A stretch of DNA of 63,994 nucleotides, counting the filler, from Dirinaria sp. TL-2023a (lineage: Eukaryota), in NCBI GenBank assembly GCA_051941275.1. It is 3 parts of 3 records of this genome, joined end to end, with 100 filler letters (N's around TTAATTAATTAA, not from the genome) between each part and the next. Parts side by side here need not be neighbours in the genome. Positions count along the whole stretch, not along the records: positions 1 to 22,269 come from JAVEBF010000229.1; positions 22,370 to 44,621 come from JAVEBF010000230.1; 1 more part is not named here. One strand, 5' to 3'. The translations under genes were made by a program, and so were the position numbers. Within the stretch, counting starts at the first letter, position 1; the number at the start of each line of letters is the position of its first letter. This document shows positions 12,045 to 25,300 of this stretch, in pieces. The notes under the pieces were generated by a model. That model did no database searches. It was not told the origin of the DNA and saw nothing but the letters and a program-made list of their open reading frames with translations.

Positions 12045-13564
12045 ATGGCTTCACTTTATCGTACTTGGCCTGCTCTCGCAAAGGCAGCACCAAGGCTATC
12101 GAAGCGCTTCTTTACATGTACTCATCGCCGGAACATACAGTCCCACATTCGTTTATCACCTCCAAAGGCATTGAAAGGGTCACGGTCTTACACGACGACA
12201 GTCGCGTCGGAGAATGGAAACCTTTCTTCTTCTTCTCTGTCGTCACTGGGCCGCAGTACCAGCTCTGAAACCAATGGATGGCGGTATCCAGACGTTAGTG
12301 ACAAAGTGGTGGCGTACTGGCTTCTTGGAAGCGCCGCCAGCGTCTTTGGGATCGTGGTTTTTGGTGGCTTGACAAGGCTTACAGAGTCTGGGTATGGCCG
12401 TCGTGATGCACCAGAGGAAGCTCCCTTGCTGACCTCTGCAGGCTAAGCATCACCGAATGGAAGCCTGTTACAGGCTCCCTGCCACCCAGCACTGCAGCAC
12501 AATGGGACACTGAGTTCACCAAATATCGAGCATCTCCTGAGTTCAAACTCCTCAATTCACAAATGACTCTCGATGAATTCAAGAAAATCTATTACATGGA
12601 GTGGACGCACCGAATTTGGGGTCGTGTCGTTGGAATCTCGTTCCTGTTGCCTGCAGTCTATTTCATAGGCCTGCGAAAGGTTTCGGCGCCGATGGCTATC
12701 AAGATCGTTGGCATAGCTGGGCTTATAGGCTTTCAAGGCGTGCTTGGTTGGTGGATGGTAAAGTCCGGCCTGAAAGATGATCTTTTCGCCCCAGGGAGCC
12801 ATCCACGAGTGAGCCAATACCGGCTCACCGCCCACCTGGGAACAGCGTTTTTATGCTACACAGCTATGCTATGGAATGGGCTTACGATACTCCGTACTCA
12901 CAAGCTACTTGAAGATGTAAAAACTGGCGACGCAATCATTCGAAAGTTGAAAGACAGCAGGTTACTGATCTTCAGGCGGTCAGTGGCCGCCCTAGTAGTC
13001 CTTGTGTTCTGTACTGCCATGTCTGGTGGCCTTGTGGCAGGCCTCGATGCTGGTTTGATATACAACGAATTTCCAAAAATGGGGCTTGGACTCACACCGC
13101 CAAAATCCGAGCTCTTTTCCGCTTTTTACTCTCACTCCCCAGACAAGAGCGATATATGGTGGCGGAATTTCCTTGAGAACCCGTCGCTCGTACAGCTTGA
13201 CCATCGAATCCTAGCCACCACAACATTCTCGGCGGTTACAGCCTTGTGGGCCTACACCAAGCTTTCGCCCACCCTAAGAAAGGTCCTACCAGTCGCTGCT
13301 CGGAAGGGTGTGCATGGCGTTGTTGGCTTTGTGTGTCTGCAAGCCACATTGGGAATTTGTACTCTGGTATACCTCGTTCCGCTGCCGCTCGCATCAGCGC
13401 ACCAAGCTGGTAGTCTGGCACTTTTTTCTTCCGTCATCATTCTGGGAAGCCGGACTTGGGTGCCCAGGCGAGCATCCCGGCTTGTGGCTCAGAGGCTTTC
13501 CAGTCGATGGTCAGCGCCCAAATCTAATTTAAAGCCTCTGCCAGCAATGGGGGGAAAGCACTGA
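12045..13564 (+). CDS. COX15: Heme A synthase (cytochrome c oxidase assembly protein), 1 intron
   Basis: VVFGGLTRLTESG|LSITEWKPVTG..EFKKIYYMEWTHRIWGR, GFQGVLGWWMVKSGL, RVSQYRLTAHLG, GLDAGLIYNEFPKMG, VQLDHR, ASAHQAG. Confidence 0.95.
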
Positions 13565-14883
13565 ATGGCCAGGGTATTGGCTTCGACGCGGATTTCTCCA
13601 CTTTGGTGTGTACTTTTAGGTCAGATGGGTATCAAGCATGGCAGTGTCCAGGGTCTGGTGGGTTATTCAGCACTCATGACCGCCTCATTGCGAACGCAGG
13701 AAGTAGCTGCCCAGAGCATCAGGACAGGAAATTGTACTATACTAGCTACTACTTGCCATTTCCTTGAAGCTAGCATCCACAAGGAGCTTTTCGCAGCAGC
13801 TTTCGAGCCTAATTTCCGTATATGAGATACTGTCGATAAGAATGGGAAACCAGGCATGACTGTGTAAGCACAAGACCCTACTCGTCGTATAATCATTTGG
13901 CTTTTACGGTGCAAGAGGCTGTGGGGATTACCCTTGGAAGTGATTCGACGTCCTTGCGCCTTTCAGATCGCCGATGGAGCATGGCTGCCTCGTCTGGCTC
14001 CGTAAGAATAATATATCGGCTACGACCCGTCACGTTGAGAAAGCCAGGGACCTTAGAAATTCAAGGGAAATCTTGAAATTGATGAGATCTTGTCGTAAAG
14101 TTTCGTTGAACAATGCAAACCCGGCATCGTAGTTTCATGTCCTGCAGCCCCTTATGCTAGCACGGTGTAGCCTCCTCCAGATTGACATAAAAGGGGGAGG
14201 GGCTGTCGTCAAAATAGAGTGTGCTTGGCACCTCTCGCTTACGGCGGTTCCCTTGCCTTCATTTTCCTGACTGGCAATGATAACAGCCTGCCATTGATCG
14301 CAAATTATTGCACAGGAAAAACAACTGCCATTGGTGGGCGATCACAGTTGACATGTCTCATTGCGCGCTTCCGTGCTCTGGGCCGCAATGCTCGGACGCA
14401 ACATTAGGGAATGGCCGGATGCTCAAAGAGCCACCGACCATGGATGAAGTAAAAGGAACGGCGGCTATAAAAGCTGCTGTTTTCATCATTGCAAACCAAA
14501 TGAAATGGTGATATCGTCTACATCTCAGTCTACCGCCTCGCAGTGGAACTCTGTAAGGTTTCCAATTGCACTTCGCACTAGTGTCCACCGCACGGCCGAG
14601 CGTGTGAGGAAATCCTTCACTTCGACTTCATTCCCAACCCCCTCTTCCCCTCTCACTTTCCTTCTGACTCACCTTGTCACCTTCCATATTGTTGATCCTG
14701 CTCCACCATCACTGTCTCACCTATCACCCTCCATCTCGTCGATCCTGCTCCACCATCACTGCTAGCCTTTCGTGGAAGCCACAGATTTCTTTCTATTTCT
14801 TTACTATCTGTAGAGTACCCGTCCGCTTCATTTAAAAAGCCTGGTGCTCGTTTCGGTATTTTTACTTCAACTCAATTGGCAGC

Positions 14884-17774
14884 ATGGCCCGTCGACACAT
14901 AAAGAAAGAGCCAGCCTCACACCACCAGCCTGAACATGTTCTCGAAGGCCAGCAACGTCACCCTGTAAGCTCTGGTGACACTATTGTAGATGACGATGTC
15001 ATCATGCACGAGAACCTCGACCAAGGTCACCCAATCACTCATGGATCAATAGTGGAGCGTCCAGCCGAGGGTAAGCCATCACTTTCATGGTCTCATGAGA
15101 CTTTTGTCGCTAAGCTTGGTCAGGGAGACCTGATATTGCTACTGCTACCGCCACTACTCCCCGGTCAAAATCACCAGAGACCGTCACTTCGCCGGGAGGG
15201 CTTGAGTCCCTCGGACGCGGAGTGAAGGAGCTCGTTCAAGCGGTGCAGAATTTACGTCACCTAGGGGTCGAGGACCTCGTGCTTCCATTACCCAAGATTG
15301 TAGTTGTTGGGGATCAGTCGACTGGGAAGAGCTCTCTTATCGAAGCCATAAGTGAGATCAAGGTACCACGACGAGCAGGCATCTGCACGAGATGCCCGCT
15401 TGAGATCAATCTAAGCGAGAGTACGAGGCTGGATGAGCAGTGGACCTGTAAAGTGTCACTGTATAAGAAATATACATACGAAGGGTCCCAGGGACGTTCA
15501 TCTTCTGGCAGAAGTGCGAATGCGATAGCCAGGATTGAAGGGCCTACTAAGCTTCGGCCTTTGGGACCATGGACCCTGCAAGACCCAGAGGACACCGCAT
15601 TTGCTACAACATCGTCGAAGGAAGAGCTTGCCAACTTACTGGAGTGGGCGCAAATTGCAACGCTAAATCCAGGTTCACCATATGAGAATTACATGCCGGC
15701 TTCAACGAGCTTCAAAAATGATCAAACTAATCAGGTCAAATTTTCACCCAACGTTGTTCGCATCGACATTACGGGTCACTCGCTACCCAACTTGTCCTTC
15801 TATGATTTGCCGGGAGTAATAAATGTCTCGGATGTCGCCGAAGAGGGTTATTTAGTGAACTTGGTCAGGAATCTTGTCAAAGAGTACATTAAGGCTGACA
15901 ACTGCATCAATCTTTTGACTCTCCCTATGACAGATGACCCCGCTAATTCCAGCGCTTCAATGATCCTTCGAAAGGAGAAAGCCGAATCTCGGACTGTTGG
16001 GGTACTAACAAAACCGGATCGTGTTCAGGAAGTCGAATCTGTTGAGCAATGGGTCCAAATCTTGAACGGCGACCGCTTCCGTCTTGGCCACGGCTATTAT
16101 GTTGTGAAGAACAACCCAGACACCAGGGTTGATCATACGACAGCGCGCACACAAGAGCGCCAGTTCTTTGAAAACCATGCACCTTGGAACACCACGTTGA
16201 AGCAATACGAACAAAATTTCGGAACTATCCAGCTACAAGCCGCACTATCAGATGAACTGACTGCACAGATCCGCGCGAGCTTGCCACACTTCTCGCAACG
16301 AGTTCAGCTGAAAGCTGAAGACATTGAAGAAAGTCTCAAAGCTCTACCAGAAGCTCTTACCGGTAACCTCCCTCTAAAGATCCTTGAACGAATAATGCAT
16401 TTCGAGAGTGAACTTCATAAAGATTTTGACGGCGGTGTACCTGGGTACCCCTTTCTGATGGAGTGGCATAATGTCGCAGAGCAGTTTCGGAAGACCTTGA
16501 CCGACTCTCGACCACTGCTATCACAGCCAAGCTCAACACCTTCTCTTCACACGATTGAAGGACAAGGTACACCGACATCAACGCAAAAGACTATCTCGGA
16601 GCCAATTTCTATTGACTCTGATGATGATGCCCCAGTGTTACCAAGTACTCCCCCAGATCGGCCCAGCAAGAAACGTGTCAACGACACCACTCCCCAGAGC
16701 TCACTGAAGCGGGCTCGTATGAGCGAGGTGCCCATGTACACGAATGGCCTCCGCAAAATCAGTAAGCACGTCTTGTGTCACATGTGTTCACTCACTAATG
16801 AAATCAGCCTGTTCCAAGACATTCAGCTTGCCCGAAGTAGAACGAATTCTGAAAGAAGCTCATGTTGGCTTGCCGGGTCAAATTGACCCAAAGGCCACAA
16901 AGAGGATGATACATTCTAGCGTCAGCGTATGGGCAGAGCCGCTCGAGGAGTTTCTGGAGTCTTCGGTCAAGATGTGTCAGTCGCTTATATCGGATCGAGT
17001 AACTGCGGCGTTCTCGAGTTGGCAACAGACTCTTCTTCAGATTCGGACTCAAGAGATCTGTGCATCTTTTTTTGACCGAGTTACAGAACAGCTGCAAGCA
17101 ATCGTCGGCGATATTTACAAACGCGAACTTAGTAAACCCATGATGCTCAACAAGGAAGCGCTGAATATGGCCAATGAGAAAGCACTCGCCATGCTTGTTT
17201 CAAAGCGTCGGGATCATCGCGCATCGAAGTATCTAGACGAGCAAGAAACAGCAAATGGAAGAACACTCAATCGTCAGAACAAAGCAGAGAGATTGACCAA
17301 GGTTACAGATGCGCAGCTTGGCCCCGATCCATATGCTCAAGAAGTATTGGCTATGAGTGTAAGTTGAATTTGAATTTGAGAACCCACATAGGGTTTACTG
17401 ACACTCTCACAGATGGTTAAGGGCTATTACGAGTGTGCATATTCTAGGTTCGTCGACATTGTTTGTCAGACTATCTCATGCGAGCTTTTCGACATCTGCC
17501 GCAATCAGATTGCGGAGGAGATGAAGGAAAAGCTTGGTATTCGTAAGGAAGATGGTGAGCTATTCGGATGATACTTCAAGCTCAAGCTGCAAGGAAATAC
17601 TAAAATACTTTTTTAGCTCATGACAGTTGCGCACTTCTCCTGGCAATCAACCCAGATCAAGAACGGGCACGTCGGCAGTTGCTCAAAGAGAGAGCCACTC
17701 TTGAGAAGGCTCAAAAGCGATTGCAGAGCCTTGCTGAAAAGATGCCCAATGTTGCAGGAGAACAGGTTGTGTGA
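14884..17774 (+). CDS. Dynamin-superfamily GTPase, fungal Mx-like (multi-intron)
   Basis: G1 VVVGDQSTGKSSLIEAISEI, G2 CTRCP, G3 DLPG, G4 TKPD. A helical stalk and GED-like end (GYYECAYSRFVD..ERARRQLLKERATLEKAQ) were assembled through introns near 15071, 16762, 17359 and 17555. Confidence 0.88.
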
Positions 17775-18242
17775 GTTTGGCGTGGGAATTGTAGGGTTGA
17801 TACAGAATCTCTCTGTTCCGGCTGCGTTGATGCCTCGTGGGCGGAAGCCTCTATGTAAGGCTGCTGCTCAGACACGTAGACTGTTGTTCTGTACTTATCA
17901 ATGAATACATGGACAATTCTCAATCGCATTGGCTGTGCAAGATTAAGGTACCAAATGTTAGACATCGAGATTTTTGATGACACTGAGGATAGAATTGCCA
18001 GGAGGATTTGGCCCCTTAAATACACATAAACATGCCAAGACGCTCAAAAGAGCAAAGAAGAGGCAAGAATACTAGGTACTGTAGGCGCATTGAAACCCTA
18101 CCCTAAACCTAAGGTAGAATATCGACTACGGGAGCTGAAGACACAATTTGCTCGGTTGCTTTAAGATATTTAACATTGCAACGTGCCTTGGTCGAACACA
18201 GACTTCAATAGCCCGCATTATTTGTTCACATCACGCAAAATC

Positions 18243-20238
18243 ATGGCAGACGAGGCCTCAAGCCAGATGGCGAATCTTCACCTGGATTCTGTCACTGGAG
18301 AGAGGGTCAGGTTCGTTATCATGTGGTCATGGTAGCATATGAATGTAGCTAATGATCTGGTTTCAGTAAGAGTGAGCTGAAAAAGCGTAACAGGCAGCGC
18401 GAGCAGGATGAGAAAAGAGCTGCCAAAGCTGCCGCAGCTCCACCAAAAGTCCAGAAGAACACATCTGCCGAAGAGGAGGAGAAGAATCTTACACCCAATG
18501 TTCGTCCTTGCTTGCGGCTATCCCTTGGTCTCCCTATTGTACGCGCTAGAAACATCCCAGCATTAATTGAAATCATAGCAATATTACGAGATCCGATGCG
18601 CAAAAGTTCAGAAACTGCGCCAACACAAGAACCCTAATCCATATCCTCATAAATTTCAGGTGACTACAGACCTACGAGATTTTCTAAAGAAGTATGACAG
18701 TTTCAAGCCAGGCGAGCACCAAAAAGAGACGCAATGTCGCGTGGCAGGAAGAATATACACCAAACGTGCCTCGGGCTCAAAACTTGTATTCTACGACGTT
18801 CGGGCGGAAGGCGTCAAGGTACAGGTAATGTGCCAAGCTCAAGAGGCATCCGGTAGCGTGCCCTTTGAAGATCAGCATGAACATCTACGGAGAGGGGACA
18901 TCATAGGTATCATCGGTTATCCTGGGCGTACAGCACCGCGGAATAGACCGAACGAGGGCGAACTTTCGATATTCGCAACGGAGATAGTCTTGCTCACGCC
19001 CTGCTTGCACCAAATACCGTCGGAGCACTACGGTTTCAAGGATCAGGAGCAGAGATACCGGCAGCGCTACCTAGATCTCATCATGAATGATCATTCTCGT
19101 AACGTCTTCGTAACACGCTCCAAGATGATAAGCTACATCCGAAGATTCTTTGATGAAAAGGACTTCATAGAGGTCGAAACCCCAATGATGAATGCAATCG
19201 CTGGCGGTGCAACAGCCAAACCGTTCATTACACATCACAACGATCTCAATATGGATCTGTACATGCGCGTCGCCCCAGAGCTCTATCTCAAGATGCTTAT
19301 CGTTGGAGGTTTGGAGCGCGTCTACGAGCTTGGTAGACTGTTCAGGAACGAAGGCATTGACCTGACACACAATCCCGAATTTACCACTTGTGAGTTCTAC
19401 ATGGCGTACGCCGACGTTTACGATGTCATGGAACTTACCGAGGAGCTTGTTTCTGGACTCGTGAAATTTATCACAGGGGGATATAAGACTGTATACCACA
19501 CGCAAACGGGCGAAGAGTTTCATGTCAATTGGGAAAGGCCATGGAAGCGCGTTGAAATGGTACCCGCACTGGAGGAAGCATGCGGGGAGAAGTTCCCATC
19601 GGGCACCGAACTACACACCTCGGAAACGAACGAATTTCTCAAACGAGTACTCAAAAAGATGAATGTCGAGTGTACACCTCCGCAAACCAACGCTCGAATG
19701 ATTGACAAGCTCGTTGGGGAATTCATTGAGGAGACGTGCGTCAACCCAACCTTCATTACTGGCCATCCCCAAATGATGTCCCCACTGGCGAAGTATCACC
19801 GAGACAATCCTGGGTTGTGTGAGCGCTTCGAGGCCTTTGTTTGCAAAAAGGAGATTGTAAATGCCTATACCGAGCTGAACGATCCATTCGACCAGCGTTT
19901 GAGGTTTGAGGAGCAAGCCAGACAAAAGGATCAGGGAGACGACGAAGCCCAGATGGTGGATGAGAACTTTTGTACCAGCTTGGAGTATGGGCTGCCGCCA
20001 ACCGGCGGCTGGGGTATGGGCATTGATCGGCTGGTCATGTTCCTGACGGATCACTACAGCATCAAAGAAGTGCTAGCCTTCCCCTTCATGAAAGAAGAGA
20101 TTAACCAAGGGAAGGAAAAGAAGACTGCAGCCGAGGTTGTTGGGGTTCAGGCCCAGGCAGAGGAAGGCATCCGTGAGTCGACTGTCAATTCACCGTCGGG
20201 GAGAATCTTCGTCTCACAACTGTACAGCGCACAAGTAG
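18243..20238 (+). CDS. KRS1: Lysyl-tRNA synthetase, class II (3 introns)
   Basis: [85 protein letters not shown]; tiny last exon gives GIPHK*. Confidence 0.96.
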
Positions 20239-20908
20239 AAACGTCTTAGATGCGTAATGACTACCGCAATGACTCGGCTGCTCCTGGATCAACGCCAACA
20301 GACACCTGAAACACCTCGGACTTTTAAAAGGTCGTTCTCGCAAGGTCTGGGCGCATAGCAGCTCAGTGGAGAGATTCGAGGTGTTTGCTGTAATGCGCCT
20401 CACTTGAGCTGCCTCATGACTAATCTGAAACCATTTAAGTACAAAAAAGACGGGTTGTGAGCCACGGTTCCACGTAACCCGCTGTTCTGTGCAGTCAAAA
20501 GTTTCTTCGTCTCCTTGTTGATTACTAGCTTTGCAAAAACCCCATTTCCAGCGAACTACCTCACAACCGCCACGCTTCATCAGTCCGATCAATGTGAGTG
20601 TGACAATAGCATTGTATTCTAGAATCACTCCGAAACCCGCAATCCCCATAACATTAATCCCGCCAAACAAAGTCTATGTGTTGTTCACCTGGCTATGACA
20701 CATCTCCAGGTCTTTCATTGCAACTTTCACATTGCACCCTTGTCCGCCCACATATTTAAGGTCTCACTTGTTTGCTTGTCAATCGCGCTTTTGAAGATCC
20801 AACCCGCACCAAGGCTGAATCCTTGATCTAATAAATCAGCAAAGCAAACAAGACTGCATCATACTATACTCTCACAGTAGTCGAGACTTCTTTACCCAGG
20901 ACTCGACC

Positions 20909-22129
20909 ATGGCACCTCCAAATCTTGTGCATGACCAATTCCGCCAGGTTAAGATCCACACAGCAAAATGCGACTTTTGCGATCGCAACAACAAAGATAT
21001 TATCAGGCAATGCACAACCTGCGCTTTGAACTTCTGTACACCTTGCTGGCTCCAACGCGGCCAGGATGGCACTCACATAATGAACGATGGTGATCGTGGC
21101 TACGCAGCTACTGTGGCTCTAGGAGCAAAAGCACAGAGCAAGCTGAAGCTTAAGGCTGAAATGGTAGAGAAGAGTAAGAGCCCATCTCCATTACAAACGA
21201 GGCGACGGGTAAGAAGACGTCGGGTGGTTATTGAGGAGAGCGAGGACGAAGAGATGGGTGGAGTTGCAGAATCCTCGGAGCCAAGCATCGTCGACGTTGA
21301 CGAGGTGCAGGCCGGTCGCGAGCAGAGGCTGAGTGAGCGGCGTCGCGGCAAACTCCCTGAACCGCTCATCGAAGAGCCTGCCTCTCCCAGCACCGCAGGT
21401 CCCTCGAACCAAAACAGTGCTGCTGAGACAAACTTCTCTGATCGCGGCTTCGGTACGGATGGTGACACGGCCGAGGCTGCAGACAGCCTCTTGGCCCTTG
21501 CCGCCGGCAGTGACTCCCCAGTGAACGGCTCGGGACTGCATTTCCGTGATGCAAAATCTCTCGGTGACGCCCGGAGCACAGATATTAGCCGCAACAGCCG
21601 CACCCGCGACAAAACCTCTTCAGCTACAAGCACCAATAGAACCTACAGCCGCGCTAGCGGGCCCCATACCGTCGTCCATCATCAAGAAGCTCGACGGCCT
21701 TCTTCCCTCTTCATTCCCCGTCCGCGCGGCTCAGATATCCCAAACACGCCAGCGTTCACACCCGCGAATCCCACGTGGAGAAGCACACCGGCTCCTTCGT
21801 CCGCGGCCTTGCTGTCCAGCTTGTTTCCGGAGGCGTACGATTATGACGAACACGGCAATACTCTCCCGTGGCCTGCGACTGCTGCCACGGAGCCCATGTA
21901 CACTGGTGCTGGGAACCTGTTCAGCGACGACGCGGACGCGGCTTACAATGCTTATTTCCACACATCAGCCGGGGCAAATCCCGGAACGGCTGCTGAGAAT
22001 GTACGCGGTCAAGGCAGTGGATTTCTGCAGAATCGAGACTGGGTCGTCCCTGATGATGAGGACGATGATATGGAGGAAGGGGAAATCAAGGAAGGTGGTG
22101 GTGATGGAGGCCGTAGTAGTGCCCGCTAA
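20909..22129 (+). CDS. Hypothetical protein with N-terminal Cys-rich zinc-finger-like domain and disordered body
   Basis: 406-aa ORF; HTAKCDFCDRNNKDIIRQCTTCALNFCTPCW..H; basic RRRVRRRR (NLS-like); acidic C-terminus. Confidence 0.7.
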   Translation: MAPPNLVHDQFRQVKIHTAKCDFCDRNNKDIIRQCTTCALNFCTPCWLQRGQDGTHIMNDGDRGYAATVALGAKAQSKLKLKAEMVEKSKSPSPLQTRRRVRRRRVVIEESEDEEMGGVAESSEPSIVDVDEVQAGREQRLSERRRGKLPEPLIEEPASPSTAGPSNQNSAAETNFSDRGFGTDGDTAEAADSLLALAAGSDSPVNGSGLHFRDAKSLGDARSTDISRNSRTRDKTSSATSTNRTYSRASGPHTVVHHQEARRPSSLFIPRPRGSDIPNTPAFTPANPTWRSTPAPSSAALLSSLFPEAYDYDEHGNTLPWPATAATEPMYTGAGNLFSDDADAAYNAYFHTSAGANPGTAAENVRGQGSGFLQNRDWVVPDDEDDDMEEGEIKEGGGDGGRSSAR

Positions 22130-22269
22130 AAACACCCTCCTCGTCAGCACGGGAGGAAGGAGCAATGAAGTCAGAAGAGTTGAGGCCGGTTAGAAACACA
22201 ACATCGTTGGTGTGCACATACGTACGTATGGGTTCATCGACTCCATAAATAACACACACACCACTGGGG

Positions 22270-22369
22270 NNNNNNNNNNNNNNNNNNNNNNNNNNNNNNN
22301 NNNNNNNNNNNNNTTAATTAATTAANNNNNNNNNNNNNNNNNNNNNNNNNNNNNNNNNNNNNNNNNNNN
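22270..22369. other. Assembly gap / artificial contig linker
   Basis: 100-nt block of N with a central TTAATTAATTAA (stop codons in all six frames). Confidence 0.97.
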
Positions 22370-25300
22370 CCCCTTCCCAACGCCGGTCGCTCAGAGAGGG
22401 GAAACAGTAATCAGCATTGTAGCAGTTCTTATAGCCCTTACGCCCTCCTAACAAAGCGCATTGGCTACGTGCGTAACGTCGGCCGGGTTTCCGCCTATCA
22501 TATTAGCCGCGAGCGTGCCCTATACTACCACCTTACTAAGTACAAAGATATCCATACATACTGCACGCCTTGGGTGCCGATACACGCTGCTGGCTCCTAA
22601 TAAGAATTTCAATAGACACACTCGCTTGTACCATCTCAAAACGGCTGCCTCAATATGGCTTGACTCAGATTCCTCCTCACGCTTCCCTCAGGGGCACGAG
22701 ATCTTCAATTTCTCTTAGAAAGGACACTCAATAACCAATAAATCACCTACCACATCCTTCTTTTCATCACCATCGATTGAATAGAACGAACGAGCCACAT
22801 CTCCCGCAATCAATGTCGCCGCTGCGACGAACCTTGCCTCAGCACTCTGGTACTTACCAAACCATGAGAGACCTTCGTTGCTCACACAGTTTGGGTTGGG
22901 GGAGGGAGGCAGTTCTGAGCTTGCTACACTTCTATAACACGATAGAGGAAGAGTAGAGAACAGCAAATACCGACAGCTGCTATCGACTTAGCATAGACAA
23001 GCTCACTGTACGCAGAATAGTATCAGTTATTCGTAATACCTACAACTATCTCTCACCGAAAGCCGCGTGATGTCATTATATAACTACGAGTACTTAATCA
23101 TCGCTCGCAGTACGATGCCTGCTGAGGACATTCTTAGCCCGCATATATATACTTGTCGACGGCGCAGGACTGCGACTTTCCCGTCCCTTACAATCACGTT
23201 GCATGTCTATTTATCTCCAATACAAAGATCCTCAGTCTGTTTCCACAACAGACATATCTAGAATCGCTAGCACGAGACATCCTATCTCGAATTACTTGAA
23301 CGTAGTCAAATGGCGGAATTTCATGTTGGGAAAGCTTTATAAAACTGCTGAAAGCCCATATCGAATAGCCAACAACCGGCCCCTACCAACGCACCATTAA
23401 ACCTCCTTTCCAATCCCTGAAGATCCACATCGTCCTCCCACGCAACAAACTGTCAAGCCACTGTCTCAGCTAACATCATCCACAACTTCCCAAATCCCAG
23501 TAATGCGCCCCGAGCTTTTGGAAACTATATTACCACTACCACTACTCTTCACCTCCCTCAAAACCTCCCTCAAAGCATTCATCCACAGAAAATAGCAATC
23601 ATCCACCAATACTAAGACCCTGCATCGCTCGCCGCAAGCATGCAGACTAGACTACTGGGACGAAATGAGGCCTGTTACAAAGGCGCCAACAAAGGTCTCT
23701 CCCGATCCATTTTGTCAGGTCGGGCGCAATACCCCAACCCTCGCCCACCTTTTCTAGGGAGTGGACGAGGTAGATTCGAAGAGAGGTGCGGGGTCTTGTG
23801 GGGGTGTTTATTTCTTACCCGTGAGGTGAGGAAATTGCTGGGGGAGATCGTGCTTCGAGTACCCTTGGACATTTCCCTGCCAGAAAAGGAGTAGCGGAAA
23901 GGGTTTCCGACGAGTCAAGGGTGATTCAGAGTAAAAGCGCTCCATTGAAAGTCTGATAGATTTAGGATACAGCACAGCGCGTTGGGTTGATCATTTTTCG
24001 TTATGGAATTATTCTGGATAGATACTCAAGGGGAATATTAGAGATACCTTCTTCCCCATTCCACCACGCTTTCCCATCACTTCGCTCTCTCCTCGTTGGA
24101 TGTTTAGCTTCTATAATAGCCAGACGAGAAACATGACGAAAGAAGTTTCTATTCTAGTCACACGCAAGGTCTTCCGCTTACCGCATCAGCTTCACAGAAC
24201 CCCTTTGATAATGTTGCTTGACTGCTAAGGAAAGGATCTGGATGTCCGAGTCTGCATCCAAGCATAGGCATGCTTATACCACCCAGTGTGTGGGAAAAGC
24301 GGTTGAGGAGAATGATGCCATTGCCACCTTGTTTGTGTATAGATACAGCATGTCGGTGCCACCTCCGGGTACGCCAACAGGTATATAAATACTTGCATGC
24401 CAGTCAGCTCACGTAGGGACGGCAACACGTGGGGCTTCCCCAGTCCTTCAAATTATACACTACAAGGTAAGAGGATTGAATTGACCTTGTAGATGCTTTC
24501 CCCAGCGTCTCAAGTAGGCATATGGGCATAGATGCATAGAGCATCCCAGAATTCTGCAAAACTTCCTCAATGTTTCAATTGCGTGGTAACCTGTTTCCGA
24601 GATCGCATTGCGCAAGCACTCTGTCTACGCACCCACCCACTCTAGGTATCAGCCACGCAAGTAGAGGCAGTAGTTGGCGCTAAGGGGATAGCACTATGTC
24701 TTTACCCCGGCGCCGACGAGGCCCGAATCAAGGCTACAATTGCCCTTACCCTGGTGCGAAGAAGGAACGTTGTGCTCGACGACCGCTGACGTGTGGCCAA
24801 TGTCGGCTTGAAACTATAGATACCGAGTTCCTGTGGCTGTTCGAGAACGCTGAAGTCGGTACTGATTTGAGAGCATGGACTCTTCCTGTCGTCATTACAT
24901 AGTCGAGGCGTTCGGCTCGGGCCAAAAATTGCTTGGACAAGGACTCTGATCTCGTCACCAATCGACTGAGATGCCAGTGGACCATGGCCAGACAGTTTAG
25001 AGAGGTTCCGAGCTGACGATGGAATGCGTGAACACTGCGGAGATATACAGCTTTTTCTCCCCAATAATTGTGCAAAACCTTGTGAGCGCTCTTTACACGA
25101 GCTTGGAGTTACAGCCTTAAAATTCGTCCAAGCTTGAGGTAGCAATGATTTGGGCATAGATATCACGCGGCTCTTGTAGCAGACTATGCTTCCTTTTCTA
25201 GATGTAGAGAGGTTAGGTTGAAATTTTCCCACCCGTCAGCATTCGTCATGTAGGCTAGGAGATCCACATGTGAAAGATTTTTTTCGGGCGTTGTGAAAGC

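Noticed and set aside
18243..20238. Lysyl-tRNA synthetase as a self-resistance gene
   Set aside because: Ordinary housekeeping context, separated by gaps from the biosynthetic genes; no evidence that it is a duplicate.
22270..22369. TTAATTAATTAA palindrome as a biological site
   Set aside because: An identical block embedded in Ns recurs at 44622-44721; it is an artificial linker.
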